IMG/VR virus record: IMGVR_UViG_3300046796_000541
Location: 1-58,657 of that record
Direction: 5' to 3' (one strand)
From: a virus
Taxonomy: Duplodnaviria; Caudoviricetes
DNA: 58,657 bases
The notes below the pieces were generated by a model that was not told the origin of the DNA, did not search any database, and saw only the letters and a list, made by a program, of their open reading frames with translations. The position numbers and the translations under genes are program-made. Shown in pieces: positions 38,310 through 49,114 of this stretch (its first letter is position 1; each line of letters starts with the position of its first letter).

Positions 38310-38516
38310 GTGAGTTACAAGCACAGCATCAGCGTGAGGGGCGAGACGGCCGGCAGGATCGCGGTCGCTGCGGACGCGGCCGGGTCGTCGATGTCGGCGA
38401 TCGTCGAGGCGGCCACTTCCGATCTACCGACGGATCCGGTCGAGATCGCGGCGCTCGCGGACCGTGTCTGGGCGCGCATGTCGCCGGCGGCGCGCGGCAA
38501 GCACACCGGCGGGTAA
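38310..38516 (+). CDS. Ribbon-helix-helix-like protein
   Basis: HSISVRGETAGRIAVAADAAGSSMSAIVE. Confidence 0.55.
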   Translation: MSYKHSISVRGETAGRIAVAADAAGSSMSAIVEAATSDLPTDPVEIAALADRVWARMSPAARGKHTGG

Positions 38517-38517
38517 C

Positions 38518-38964
38518 GTGGGCCGACCCGAGCGCGATCGCTGGATGTCCCGCTTCCTCACCGAGGAGGCGGAGGCCCAGACCAGGATCCTGGTCACGCT
38601 GCGGGGCCGGCTCGAGCGCGGTCAGGCCGCTGCGGACCCCGCGAAGCCTGACCCGCCGTCTCGCGAGTGGGTGCGCGCCTGCCGGCTCTACTTCGACGGC
38701 TACCGCTCGCTCGCGAACCTCGAGCTCGAGCACGCCAAGCTCAGGTTGATCGCCGAGCGCTCGCACGTGCGCGCCCCGATGTCGGACGACGAGTTCCAGC
38801 AGCAGATCGCCGCGCTCGGGCGCCAGGCACTGGACACGCTGTCGGCGGAGGAGCTGGAGGCAGCGCTCGCGCGGAAGCGCGCAATCGTGGTGACAACGTC
38901 AGACCGGACAGGCACGATGGCGCCGATGAACCCACAACACCAGGACGAGGACCATGGCGGATGA
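38518..38964 (+). CDS. Hypothetical helical protein (terminase small subunit candidate)
   Basis: MGRP start and LDTLSAEELE tail; function is a guess. Confidence 0.3.
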   Translation: MGRPERDRWMSRFLTEEAEAQTRILVTLRGRLERGQAAADPAKPDPPSREWVRACRLYFDGYRSLANLELEHAKLRLIAERSHVRAPMSDDEFQQQIAALGRQALDTLSAEELEAALARKRAIVVTTSDRTGTMAPMNPQHQDEDHGG

Positions 38965-40189
38965 GACGAGGTTGCGGAGGCCTGACCGAGGCGAGGCGGG
39001 TCGATCGATGTTCGGGCATCGGCGCATGCGCCTCCGCACCGATATCAATCTGCCGCGCCGCATGAGCAGCGCCGAGCGCCGCCTCGCGCGCGCGACCGGC
39101 GGGTTCAAGCGCCGATTCCCCGGCGGCATGCTGCAGAGGACATGGCGCCATGGCGGATGACGAAGCACTCCGTGTCGAGAACCAACGCCTGCGCGGCGAG
39201 ATCGTTCGGCTGATCCGCGAGTGGTGGCGCGGACCGGGGCGCTTGCTCGAAGTTCTGCCGGACGCCACCGACCAAGAGAAGGAGGCCGCTCGTGCCCGAT
39301 GATCGCTACTCGACCATCACGCGCGAGGTCCCGGTAGACCGTCCGCGGAACACCGTGTTCGTGCCGGGCGCGACCTACGACCCGGCCGCGAACTTCACCG
39401 ATCCGAACGCGACCGGCGACCTGAACTCGCAGCACCGCGTCTCGCTCCACCCAGCGGGGTTCCGCATGCGCGAGCGTGGCGCGATCGACGCGACCGTAGT
39501 CCACGCGTACCGCTGCCCGGTGCACGGGGACTTCGACATGCGCGTGTCGCGGGCCGACGTGCCGAACGCGCTGCCATGTCAGGTTCCGCACGGTGACCAG
39601 CGCACCATCCTCGCCCTTGCGCCGTGGAAGCACGATGCGGTCTACGGCGACATCTGGGTGAGCGAGAGCGGGCTCGACTTCCGCATCAAGGATGGCGTCC
39701 TGCTCTGCGGCGAGCCTTCCCCCTGGGCCGGCTCCTCGTGCGGCATCGGGCACTCGTCGGGGGAGGTGACATGCTGACCGAACAGGATCTGACGGATCTC
39801 GAGATGGCCGACGCGATCGGCGACTTCGGGAGCGGAAGCAAGGTGAGCGACGCCGTCGGGGAGTTGCGCGCGTTGCGAGCTACGCTGCGTAGCGTGCGTG
39901 ACGCACTGCCGATGGTCGGCGCCGACCCCGAGGTGGCGCGAGCGGTGCGCGAGGACATCGATCACGCGCTCGGAGAAACTTCGTGACGCTGACCATGGCC
40001 GATGCGCTCCGCATCGTGTACAAGCGCGGCCACCTGACGGCGCTGCACCAAGGCAACGGCATCGAGTGCGCGCGCTGCGGTGCGAGCGGGTCCGTCGGCG
40101 CCGATGGACAGCAGATCGGCGCCATCTTCACCAAGACGTGCGGCACCCCGACCGGGGTGAGCTACGACTACGGAGCGACCCGTCAATGA
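38954..40189 (+). other. Small hypothetical genes incl. 39292-39777 (YRCPVHG...CGEP Zn-ribbon-like)
   Basis: Coupled ORFs. Confidence 0.5.
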
Positions 40190-41001
40190 CGCTCACCATC
40201 GTGTCCGGCGCTGCCTCCGGCGTCGAGCAGGGCGCGATCGAGGCTGCGATCAACCTCGCGCTGCGCTGGCAGGGCTGGGCCTCGCGCGAGCACCTCGCCG
40301 CGTTGTTCGCCATCTACCGCACCGGCCTGCAGGAGACCTCGGCGACCGACCCTGGCATGGTCCGCCGGCTGAACTGCCAGGACGCGGACGGTGCGCTCGT
40401 GTTCTCGACCAGCATGGTGCTCGTCGGCGTCCCGGCGTTCGTCGATCACGTGACCGAGCAGATGCAGCGCGCGTTCCTCCACGTGACGCTGAACCCGGCG
40501 GCGCTGCAGTCCCCGCTCCCCGACGAGGTGCGCGACCACATCCGGGACTGGATCCGGTCGAACGAACTCGCGCGCGTGTACGTGACGGGCCCGAGCTCGG
40601 ACGATGTGCCCGGGATCCAGGGCGCGGTGCGCGACGCGCTCATCGCGATCCTGGAACCGTTCGCGGTCGACGAGATCCGCGAGACCACACGGGTGCTCAG
40701 CCTCATCAACCACGAGCGCAACATGCAGGCGCTCGGGTTCGGCCCGCCAGGAGATCGCTACCGCCTCGGCCCGCCCGAGGGTCTCGACGAGCTCCAGCGT
40801 CACCAGCTCGACGCCTCGATCCGCGAGGCCGAGCGCGATGTCCGAGACCCCGTGGAGGAGCGGGTACGCGCCTACCACGATCTCGTCTCGACCGCGCCGG
40901 GACCGATCGGCGGCGGGCGCCGCGACTACGAGGACGAAGAAGACGACGCGATCGGCGGCCCCGATCACGAACCCCCAGCACCAGGAGACCAGACCACATG
41001 A
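40186..41001 (+). CDS. SLOG-superfamily (putative molybdenum-carrier / cpYpsA-like) protein, divergent
   Basis: IVSGAASGVEQGAIEAA...GW...LQET...RRLNCQDADGALVF...VYVTGP. Confidence 0.6.
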   Translation: MTLTIVSGAASGVEQGAIEAAINLALRWQGWASREHLAALFAIYRTGLQETSATDPGMVRRLNCQDADGALVFSTSMVLVGVPAFVDHVTEQMQRAFLHVTLNPAALQSPLPDEVRDHIRDWIRSNELARVYVTGPSSDDVPGIQGAVRDALIAILEPFAVDEIRETTRVLSLINHERNMQALGFGPPGDRYRLGPPEGLDELQRHQLDASIREAERDVRDPVEERVRAYHDLVSTAPGPIGGGRRDYEDEEDDAIGGPDHEPPAPGDQTT

Positions 41002-41222
41002 GCGAGTTCAGCATAGGAGACGTAGTCATGCTCAAGAGCGGTGGCCCCGACATGACCATTGTTCGATTCGAGCAGCTGACGATCGTCGATAAGCAGGAGG
41101 ACCGGGCATTCTGCCAATGGCAGGCATGGTCGGGCGAGGTGTCCTCGCACGTGTTCCCGTTGGCGTGTCTGAAGACGGCGCCGGTCAAGATGAAGGATCA
41201 GCCGGAGCCCGGTACCCCATGA
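40998..41222 (+). CDS. YodC / DUF2158 family protein
   Basis: FSIGDVVMLKSGGPDMTI...CQW...FP..CL. Confidence 0.85.
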   Translation: MSEFSIGDVVMLKSGGPDMTIVRFEQLTIVDKQEDRAFCQWQAWSGEVSSHVFPLACLKTAPVKMKDQPEPGTP

Positions 41223-42476
41223 GCGACCACTCCGTGAACAACTCGCAGTGCGACCTCAACATGTACGGCCCCGACCCCGGCGACGGGTCGGTCAAGTGCA
41301 CGTGCGACGAGGATGCGCCGGTCGAGCCCGCGACCACGCCGCGCCAGGGGCCGGCGCAGGCCTTCCCTCGCGCGTTCCCGCATCTGGTCAACGAGACCAT
41401 GCCGGCCGGCGCCATCACCCTCACCGGCCGAGGCGCCACTGTGGAGCTCGAGCTGCGCGATGCCGGTCGCGAGTACCGCGCCGCGCAGGAGCTGTTTCGC
41501 AAGGCCGAGGCGCGCATGAAGGCGGCGATCGACGCGAAGATGCAGGAGATCCAGTGAGCGCGCACCACGGTCCGCCGTGCGGACACACGCTGCTCGGGAC
41601 TTGTGTCGGGTGCGGCGGTCAGGCACCGGCGCCACCCCCGAATGGGTGGCTCACGCTGACCAACGCGACGCGCACGTACGGCCCGGTCACCGTCACGGCG
41701 GAGGCGATGGCTGAGGCGCAGCGGCAGATCGGCGCGCTACAGCGACTGCGCGAGCAGAACGATGCGCTCCTGTGGAAGTGGATGGTGCATCCGTTCGCGG
41801 TCCAGCTCAAGGCGGAGTTCAAGCCGGAGGCGTACCGTGGCATCGATCGCTCAGCGACGCCGCAGAAGCTGTCGGGAGCCATGCTGCGCGATCGCGATGG
41901 CGACCTGTATTTCGGCGGCATCAAGATCACCGCGGACCCGACGCTCATGCCGCACGAGATCCGGATGGTGCAGGCCCCGCCCATTGACCCGCTCGACGTC
42001 GAGTACGACGGGGTGAAGCTGCGAGACCTGCTGGATATCGACGCCCGCCGGCGCGATGAGCGCAACCCGTTCCGGAAGCTATCGCTCGCCCAGCGCGCCG
42101 CGGTCTCCGCCCACTGGAGCGCCGAGCTTCGCGCCAAGGTCGCTGCCGGCGCCGCGGCCGACAAGGCGCGCGAGACTAGCGTCGTGGTTGACCTGGAGGA
42201 ACCGTGAAGTTCGCGGAGCCCGGTGGGGGCGAGGCCGACTACACCTTCCACCGCGGCCCGGTGATGGTCGAGTGCCGTTGCGGTGCAGCGCCGTTCCATC
42301 TGCGCTTTGCCACGCGTCGCGAGCGCGCGACGATGTGGCTCCGCGACCGCTGGATGTCGGCCACGCGGTGGTTTCGCCCGCGCACCGTGACCTCGGACGT
42401 CGACGTCGAGGCCGGCTGCATCATGCTCGCGACCGAGCGCTGGTCCTGGCTCCGCTGGAGGTGGGTCCAGTCGTGA
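41219..42476 (+). other. Three hypothetical genes (41219-41557, 41554-42207, 42204-42476)
   Basis: ATGA/GTGA overlaps. Confidence 0.55.
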
Positions 42477-43054
42477 CCGTCGCCACCCGCCACCCCGCAC
42501 CGCACGCCTACGAGGCCTCGACCCCGCCGGCGTTCACGCCGATCGCGCGCGCGATGCGCGACGACGAGCTCCCGTGGGCGATCCACAGCTGGGGCCAGGC
42601 GTGGAAGGACTCGCCGGCGAACCGCTCGCGGACCTGGGGCGACTACAAGGCGCACCACCTATCCCCGATCCGGGACGCGCTGTGCCGCGCCGACTGCATG
42701 CGGGTCGCGATCGAGGGCCCCGCTCCCGGGCGCGCGATCGGGTGGCTCGCGCTGTCCCGCCGGCCGGGCTACGACGCCGTGCACTGGGTCTACGTGAGCA
42801 GGCAGTACAGGCGCGCGCGCTCGCGCGGGGTCGCCCCATTCGGCGCGATGGTCGGCCTGCTCGGGCACGTCGTGCTGCAGCGCAGCGTGGTCTACACGTT
42901 CCAGGCCGCGTGTGACTCGAAGCTACCGCCTCGCCCGAATGTTCCTGGCGAGACTGGTTGCCGGCTCGGGCGAAACGACGTCTGGCTCGCGGAGTACTTG
43001 CGCGACCGCGGGCATACCGTGTCCTATGAACCCTTCGCAGAGTGGTCGCGTTGA
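42473..43054 (+). CDS. GNAT-fold acetyltransferase-like protein
   Basis: RAMRDDELPWA...IGWLAL...VHWVYVSRQYRR motif-A-like segment. Confidence 0.5.
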   Translation: MTVATRHPAPHAYEASTPPAFTPIARAMRDDELPWAIHSWGQAWKDSPANRSRTWGDYKAHHLSPIRDALCRADCMRVAIEGPAPGRAIGWLALSRRPGYDAVHWVYVSRQYRRARSRGVAPFGAMVGLLGHVVLQRSVVYTFQAACDSKLPPRPNVPGETGCRLGRNDVWLAEYLRDRGHTVSYEPFAEWSR

Positions 43055-43075
43055 CCACCAAGGAGACCTAGCACC

Positions 43076-44026
43076 ATGAAGCTCGTCAGCATCCGACTCC
43101 CCCTCGACAACCAGGACACCTCGTTCCGCGGCGTCCGCGAAGTCAACTTCGCCATGCCCAAGGTCGACACCTACGGCTGGCGCATCCTGATCCACGGCCA
43201 GGTCGTCACCGTGATCGTGCCGCTGCTCGCCGACCAGCCTCAGGGCGGGCGCCGGCCCGAGAACGCCGGCGGCTGGGTGTTCGCGCGCTCGCGCTGCGTC
43301 GAGCAGTGGGACTCGCGCGACCCCAAGGACTACGCGAAGCCCGTCCAGGACTACGAGAGCGAGCCGTGCGGTCCGAAGTCCGCACCGGCAGCCGCCGAGG
43401 CCGACGAGTCCAAGGCGGTGGCGTGATGCGGGATGACATCGTCGAGACCTTCCACGCGAATGGGACGCGAACCGAGCGCCCAAAGCCGCGATGCAAGTGC
43501 GGTGGCATCCAGGACCCTCACCCGACACGTGACCTCAGAGTTTGCCGGTCCTGCCGCATGACCGATCTGGAGCGCGGGTGACCGCGATCAGCACGACCCG
43601 CGCCGTCGAGCGCTGCGAGCGCCTGGCCACGCTAGGTCCGCCGCCCGCTTGGTGGCGGGTGTTCGCGCTGCGCCGGTGGCTGCGCGGCTACGACGCGATC
43701 ATGGCGCTGGACATCAGCGTGGCTGCTCAGCTGCTGCGCGAGGTCTACAAGCACGCGACCCCAGAGGAGAGCGCGGCGCTCGACGCGTTGACGCCGGAGG
43801 AACTGGCGCTGCGCATGGTGCCGAGGAGCGAGCGGTGAAGCGCGAGACTTCGACCTTCGCGACCCCAGGAGAGACGGTCGCGGAAGCCTTGCGGCTCGGT
43901 CGCGCGACCGGGAATCCCGTAGTGATTCACGACGAGAAGTGTGAAGGGAGAGAGGATTCGGATCCGCCATTTAGTGCCGGATGCACCTGTACTCCGCTCG
44001 TGATGCGGGCCGGAGCACGGGCATGA
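43076..44026 (+). other. Four small hypothetical genes (43076-43426 with SD AAGGAG, 43426-43581, 43578-43838, 43835-44026)
   Basis: Coupled ORFs. Confidence 0.55.
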
Positions 44027-44430
44027 CCCGCATCGTCATCCTCGGCGGCCCCAGGACGGGGAAGACGACGCTCGCGAACAAGATGGCTCCGCTGGACGCG
44101 ATCGTGCCTGCCGGGTTCGGCCTGGTTCGCCACACCGACGACCTCATCGGCCTCGGCTGGTCCGAGGGGTCGCAGCACATCGCCGACGAGTGGCTCACGC
44201 AGCCCGGCCCCTGGATCATCGAAGGCGTGGCCTGCTCGCGCGCGCTGCGGAAGTGGCGCGAGGCGCACGCCGGCGAGCCCCCGCCGGTCGACCGCGTGAT
44301 CCGCCTGACCACGCCGCACGTCGCGCTCGAGGGCGGGCAGATCGCGATGATGAAGGGCGAGCACACCGTGTGGTCGCGCGACGTCGAGCCGTGGCTGCGC
44401 GATCACGGCGTCGAGATCGAGCACCCCTGA
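44023..44430 (+). CDS. Small P-loop kinase-like NTPase
   Basis: IVILGGPRTGKTTLA, HTDD, WIIEG. Confidence 0.8.
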   Translation: MTRIVILGGPRTGKTTLANKMAPLDAIVPAGFGLVRHTDDLIGLGWSEGSQHIADEWLTQPGPWIIEGVACSRALRKWREAHAGEPPPVDRVIRLTTPHVALEGGQIAMMKGEHTVWSRDVEPWLRDHGVEIEHP

Positions 44431-44431
44431 C

Positions 44432-47326
44432 GTGTTCGACGGCGACCGCGAGCTAGCCGAACGCCTGCTCTGGATGCTCCAGGACCGCCAGCAGCAGGAC
44501 GCCGAGCTCCGCAAGCAGGCCGCCGCCGTGGCCGAGGTCCACGCGCAGCACGAACCCGAGCAGGCCGCGGCGGCCGCCATGCTGCGGTCGCTCTACGCGC
44601 CCAAGCAGGCCGCGTTCTTCCGCCCCGGCAAGAGATGGAAGGCGACCCGCAAGACGCGCCGCGCCGGCATCACCACCGTGGGCGTGCGCGAGATGCTCGC
44701 GCGGGCCATCGAGATCCCCGGGTTCCGCGCGACGTACGTGGCGAGCACCCGCGGCGAGGCCGAGGATCGCGCGTGGAAGTCCGACACCAAGAGCGGGCTT
44801 ATCGATGTCCTGGTCCGGCACGCCGAGCGTATCGACCACCCCACGCTGACCGCGTACTCGCTCGGCGGGGTGGCGATCGAAGTGCGTGCAGCCGACCTCG
44901 TGCTCCAGTTCTCGAACGGATCCGAGATCGAGCTGTTCGGCGTCGCCGATCTCCGATCGCAGCGAAAGAAGCGCGGCGGCGCGAAGCACCTGATCTGGAT
45001 CGACGAGGCGCAGGAGTTCGCGCACCTCGAAGAGTTCTTCGACTCGGTGATCGTCCCGATGTCGGACTTTGGCGTCGAGGTCTGGATGACCGGCACGCCC
45101 GGCCGCGACTGCGCCGGCATGTTCTACGAGATCACCAAGGAGCCCGAGGACGGCGACACGCCCATGCCGGGGTGGGAGGTCCACGAGCTCGCGCAGGTGG
45201 ACAACCCGTTCTTCGGCCACGTCGTCACCGACACGACGGCCTGCGCCTTCTACGTCGAGGACAACCTGTTCACGGCGCCGCACCTGACCGCGGAGCAGCG
45301 CGCGGAGCACCGCTACGGGCCGTTCGACACGACCGCGGACGCCGAGGCCGAGGCGGTGCGCGTGCGGTGGGAGCAGACCGCCGGCGAGGCGATGCGGCTC
45401 AAGGGCTGGAAGGGCGACGAGCCCCAGTTCGTGCGCGAATTCCTAGGGAAGTGGGTCAAGACGGACGCGCGCTACGTCTACCCGGTCCACGGCCGGCCGC
45501 GGCATGAGCTGTTCTTCGCGCCGCAGCGCCTGCGCGATAACCCATTCGTCGGCAGCGACCCGCGCTTCGACGGCCACCCGCCCTGGTACGACCACGTCGC
45601 CGCGGTGCGCGACCTGCCGAGGCTCGGCCGGGATCGGCGCCCGCACGAGTGGCTCTACTCGCTGTGGTTCGACTTCGGCTTCTGGCCCGACCCGTTCGCG
45701 TGCGTGCTCTGGGCGTTCACGACGACGTTCAACCACGTCTACGAGATGTTCAGCTGGAAGCAAACGAAGGTGCACGCCGACGACCAGGCGCGCTACATCA
45801 AGCTCCTGTGGGACGTCGAGCCGGCGATCGTGTCGTTCGGCGGCGATTCCGCGGGCAAGGAGGCCGACTTCGCCGAGTGGAAACGCCGGCTGAACCTGCC
45901 GCTCGAGCCAGCGCACAAGCAGGGCAAGGAGACGCTGGCGGAGCTGCTCGCGGGCGACATCCGCGGCGGACTGGTCCATCTACGCGACGGTTCCCCGCTC
46001 TACGTAGACAAGGACGGCAAGCCCCTGCAGTCGCCGCTCTATACCGAGATGCGGCACCTGGTCTACCTGCCGACCGCGCCGGGCAAGCCGCGCAAGGTCC
46101 ACAAGCACCGGGCGGTGAGCGGAGTGGTGCACGGCGACCACTGTTGTCTCGTGACCGGGACGATGGTCGAGACCGCGAGCGGCCCGGTGCCCATCGAATG
46201 CGTACGGCTCGGTGACCTTGCCTGGACCCGCGCGGCGCCGCGCCCGGTCACGGCGGCGTTCTCGGTCGGCGTGCGACCGACGTTAGGCGTTGACCTCGAT
46301 ACCGGAGCGACGCTGGTCGGAACCGCGGACCACCCCGTCTGGACGGAGCGCGGCTGGGTTCCTCTCGCGGAACTGATGCCGGGTGATACACTCACGACAT
46401 GGGCAAGTACGGCAGAGCAGAGACCGTCATCTTCAACGGCCGGAGGTATCGGCGATATCCCGACGCCGAGCATCGAACCTCGCGCGTCTACTTCTCGCGA
46501 ACCGTCAAGCGGGGCGGCATTGGTCGACCCGAGTTCCTGCACCGAGCCATCTGGGCGAGCATCAACGGATCCATCCCCGAGGGATTCGACGTGCACCATC
46601 GAGACGACGACCCGCTCAACAACGACCCCGGGAACCTCATCATCCTGCCCGGAGACGAGCACGCCCGCATGCACGCCAGCCAACCTGAGCGCGTCGCTCG
46701 AGCTCGCGTCAGCATCGCCAAGGCCCAGCTCTCAGCTCCGGCATGGCATCGCTCCGCCGAAGGACGAGCTTGGCATGCCAAGCTCGGCGTTGCCGTCATG
46801 GCCGGACGTCCGATCCTCACCACCGGGTGCCTTCACTGCGGAGCCGAGTTCCAGACCAAGAACTCCGACGCGAAGCACTGCTCCAACGCCTGTCGGGCCG
46901 CCGCGCGTCGAGCGAGCGGAGCCGACGATGTCGACCGCGTCTGCACCTGCTGCCGAGGGATGTTCCGCGCGAACCGCTACTCGCGGCAGCGGTGCTGCTC
47001 CCACTCGTGTGCTTCGCGTCTATGCCACCGGGAAGGATGAGCGCGTGTTCAACCTGACCGTCTCCGGCGAGCATGAGTACTTCGCGAACGGCGTGCTGGT
47101 GTCGAACTGCGACGCCGGGCGCTACGGCTTCGCGGACCTGACCCACTACCTGGCCAAGCTCGCAGGCGAGCGCCCGCCATCCGGATCGCGCGAGGCGTAC
47201 GCCGCCGAGGAAGCGAAGATCGAGCGCTCAATCGAGGAAGCCGACCGCCGGCGCGAGGAAAGGCTGGACGAGCAGGACGAGCTTGCTGCAGAGTACGGGG
47301 CGATGGGAGACTACGATGCCTACTGA
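44432..47326 (+). CDS. terL: Terminase large subunit precursor with intein (643 aa after splicing)
   Basis: RRAGITT (Walker A-like), LIWIDEAQ (Walker B), MTGTPG, FDFGF..D; spliced junction restores DHCCDAGRY nuclease motif. Confidence 0.92.
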   Translation: MFDGDRELAERLLWMLQDRQQQDAELRKQAAAVAEVHAQHEPEQAAAAAMLRSLYAPKQAAFFRPGKRWKATRKTRRAGITTVGVREMLARAIEIPGFRATYVASTRGEAEDRAWKSDTKSGLIDVLVRHAERIDHPTLTAYSLGGVAIEVRAADLVLQFSNGSEIELFGVADLRSQRKKRGGAKHLIWIDEAQEFAHLEEFFDSVIVPMSDFGVEVWMTGTPGRDCAGMFYEITKEPEDGDTPMPGWEVHELAQVDNPFFGHVVTDTTACAFYVEDNLFTAPHLTAEQRAEHRYGPFDTTADAEAEAVRVRWEQTAGEAMRLKGWKGDEPQFVREFLGKWVKTDARYVYPVHGRPRHELFFAPQRLRDNPFVGSDPRFDGHPPWYDHVAAVRDLPRLGRDRRPHEWLYSLWFDFGFWPDPFACVLWAFTTTFNHVYEMFSWKQTKVHADDQARYIKLLWDVEPAIVSFGGDSAGKEADFAEWKRRLNLPLEPAHKQGKETLAELLAGDIRGGLVHLRDGSPLYVDKDGKPLQSPLYTEMRHLVYLPTAPGKPRKVHKHRAVSGVVHGDHCCLVTGTMVETASGPVPIECVRLGDLAWTRAAPRPVTAAFSVGVRPTLGVDLDTGATLVGTADHPVWTERGWVPLAELMPGDTLTTWASTAEQRPSSSTAGGIGDIPTPSIEPRASTSREPSSGAALVDPSSCTEPSGRASTDPSPRDSTCTIETTTRSTTTPGTSSSCPETSTPACTPANLSASLELASASPRPSSQLRHGIAPPKDELGMPSSALPSWPDVRSSPPGAFTAEPSSRPRTPTRSTAPTPVGPPRVERAEPTMSTASAPAAEGCSARTATRGSGAAPTRVLRVYATGKDERVFNLTVSGEHEYFANGVLVSNCDAGRYGFADLTHYLAKLAGERPPSGSREAYAAEEAKIERSIEEADRRREERLDEQDELAAEYGAMGDYDAY
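46145..47107 (+). mobile_element. Intein, 321 aa
   Basis: Block A CLVTGTMV, block B GTADHPVWT, block F RVFNLTV..HEYFANG, ends VLVSN followed by +1 Cys. Confidence 0.95.
46399..47040 (+). CDS. HNH homing endonuclease with C-terminal Zn-finger repeats, nested out of frame in the intein
   Basis: LHRAIW...IPEGFDVHHRDDDPLNNDPGNL...EHARMH; CLHC..CSNAC and CTCC..CSHSC; own ATG, GGTGAT SD-like sequence upstream. Confidence 0.92.
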   Translation: MGKYGRAETVIFNGRRYRRYPDAEHRTSRVYFSRTVKRGGIGRPEFLHRAIWASINGSIPEGFDVHHRDDDPLNNDPGNLIILPGDEHARMHASQPERVARARVSIAKAQLSAPAWHRSAEGRAWHAKLGVAVMAGRPILTTGCLHCGAEFQTKNSDAKHCSNACRAAARRASGADDVDRVCTCCRGMFRANRYSRQRCCSHSCASRLCHREG

Positions 47327-49079
47327 AGCCACCCACGAGGAGCGCGATGCGCGAGAAGCCCGCGATCGTCGAGAGCTAGAGGGGCTTCGCGCGATGCGCG
47401 AGGGGCTGAAACGCTTCGTCGCGGGACTCGATGACGAGGACGACCACGGGCTCATCGCGGAGCAACTCGAGGCCCTGCTCGCGCTCGCCCCGGATCCTGC
47501 CGTCGAGGACCGCTCGTGACCTTGATCTACGCGCTCTCCGGCATCCTGCTGGCGACCGCGTTTCTGACCTACCTGATCACCGAAGGGAACCGCAAAATCA
47601 TGGCCGACATCTCCAAGCTGACCGCTGCCGAGCAGGACCTCATCGTGAAGACGGATGCTCTGCTCGCGTTCGCGACCACGCAGAACACGCTGATCGCCCA
47701 GCTCCAGGCGACGATCGCCAACGGCGGGATCGACCCGACCACCGCGGCCGAGCTGCAGGCGCTTGCCGACAGCATGGCGGCCGAGAGCGCCAAGGTCACC
47801 GCATTCCTGCCCCCGACGGCCCCATGACCCGCGTCCAGTCCGACCGCCTCGAGCTCATCGCCAAGCGGTCACACCGAACCATCGACGACGTGACCGAGTT
47901 CTGGAACGAGCGTGCGGCGATCCGCGAGTACGACGGCGGAAAGCGCCGCGTGGACGCCGAGCGGCTCGCGCTCGATGATGTCGCGGACGTGGTGCTGCGG
48001 TGATGCCCGACAAGGTCGATCGGTTGCTGTCGCCGCGCGTGGACGGCGTCGGGCTCTGCATCCCGCAGACGTTCAGCGCGACGTTGGAATTCCGCCGCAC
48101 GTACTACCAGCTGCGAGATCCATGCGTCATTCACCCCGTGCCGAACGGCTACGTCGAGCAGCACCACGAGAGGATCCGGTGGTCTCGGTTCGCCCTGCTG
48201 TGGGCCGCGCTCGGCGCGCAGATGGTCATCGAGCACGAGGTCCCGTCGTGATCCCCGAGGTCTTGCGTGCCCGGCTCCGGCCCGGATACGCGATCGGGCT
48301 GATGTTCGCGCTCGCGGTGGTGCTCGGCGTCGCCTGCGCGACCACCGGCGCGTGGATGCTCGCTGCAGCAGACCGAGCGGCGGAGATTGATCGTCAGGTC
48401 GACCAGATCCGACGCGAGACCGACTGGTTGGAGGCCGAGCTCCACTGCACCGGCGGCGCGGCGCAGCACCGGGACGGCGAGAGCCGGTGGTGTCAGCGAT
48501 GAGCTGCACGTACGAGACCGCGGTCGCGGATCTGCAGATTCGCGTCACCGTGAACGCGGACTGGTCTGGGCTCGCGCGGATCGGAATCGACCGCTACGAC
48601 GAAAACGGCAAGGCGACGGGCCACGCGCAAGCCGTGTGCTCCGCGAGCCGGCTGCTGGTCGGCATCGTTGATGAAGTCGGACCAGAGGCAGGGCAGATCC
48701 GGTGGCGCGAATGGCCGATGGTTGTCGCGCTCGCCGTCCGCGAGCACTTCCGCGCCCGCGCCATCGCCCACATCGAGGGCATCCCATCGTGACCACCCGC
48801 ATCCCGCCGCCCGGTCCGTTGGAGCACGACCTCGACGGCGACCCGCTGCCCCAACCGGCCGCCGCGTCCGACCTCGCGGACCTGATCCAGCTGCTCGAGT
48901 ACGCGCGCGCGAAGGACTTCGTGCTCGGCCCGATCGTCCAGGTCGGCAAGATCCGCTGTCAGGTCGCGGATCTCCGGCAGGCCAAACGGCACGGGCTTGA
49001 CCAGCAGCGCAGCTCCGAACCCGAGCCCTCGATGGGCGACCTGGTCGGGGTGCCCGAGTACAGCCCCGGCAGCGAGTGA
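47316..49079 (+). other. Seven small genes (47316-47519, 47516-47827, 47824-48003 with ERAAIREYDGG motif, 48003-48251, 48248-48502, 48499-48792, 48789-49079)
   Basis: Chained overlaps. Confidence 0.6.
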
Positions 49080-49114
49080 TGGACCGCGCGGCGGCGCCGG
49101 CGTAGGCTTCCGGC

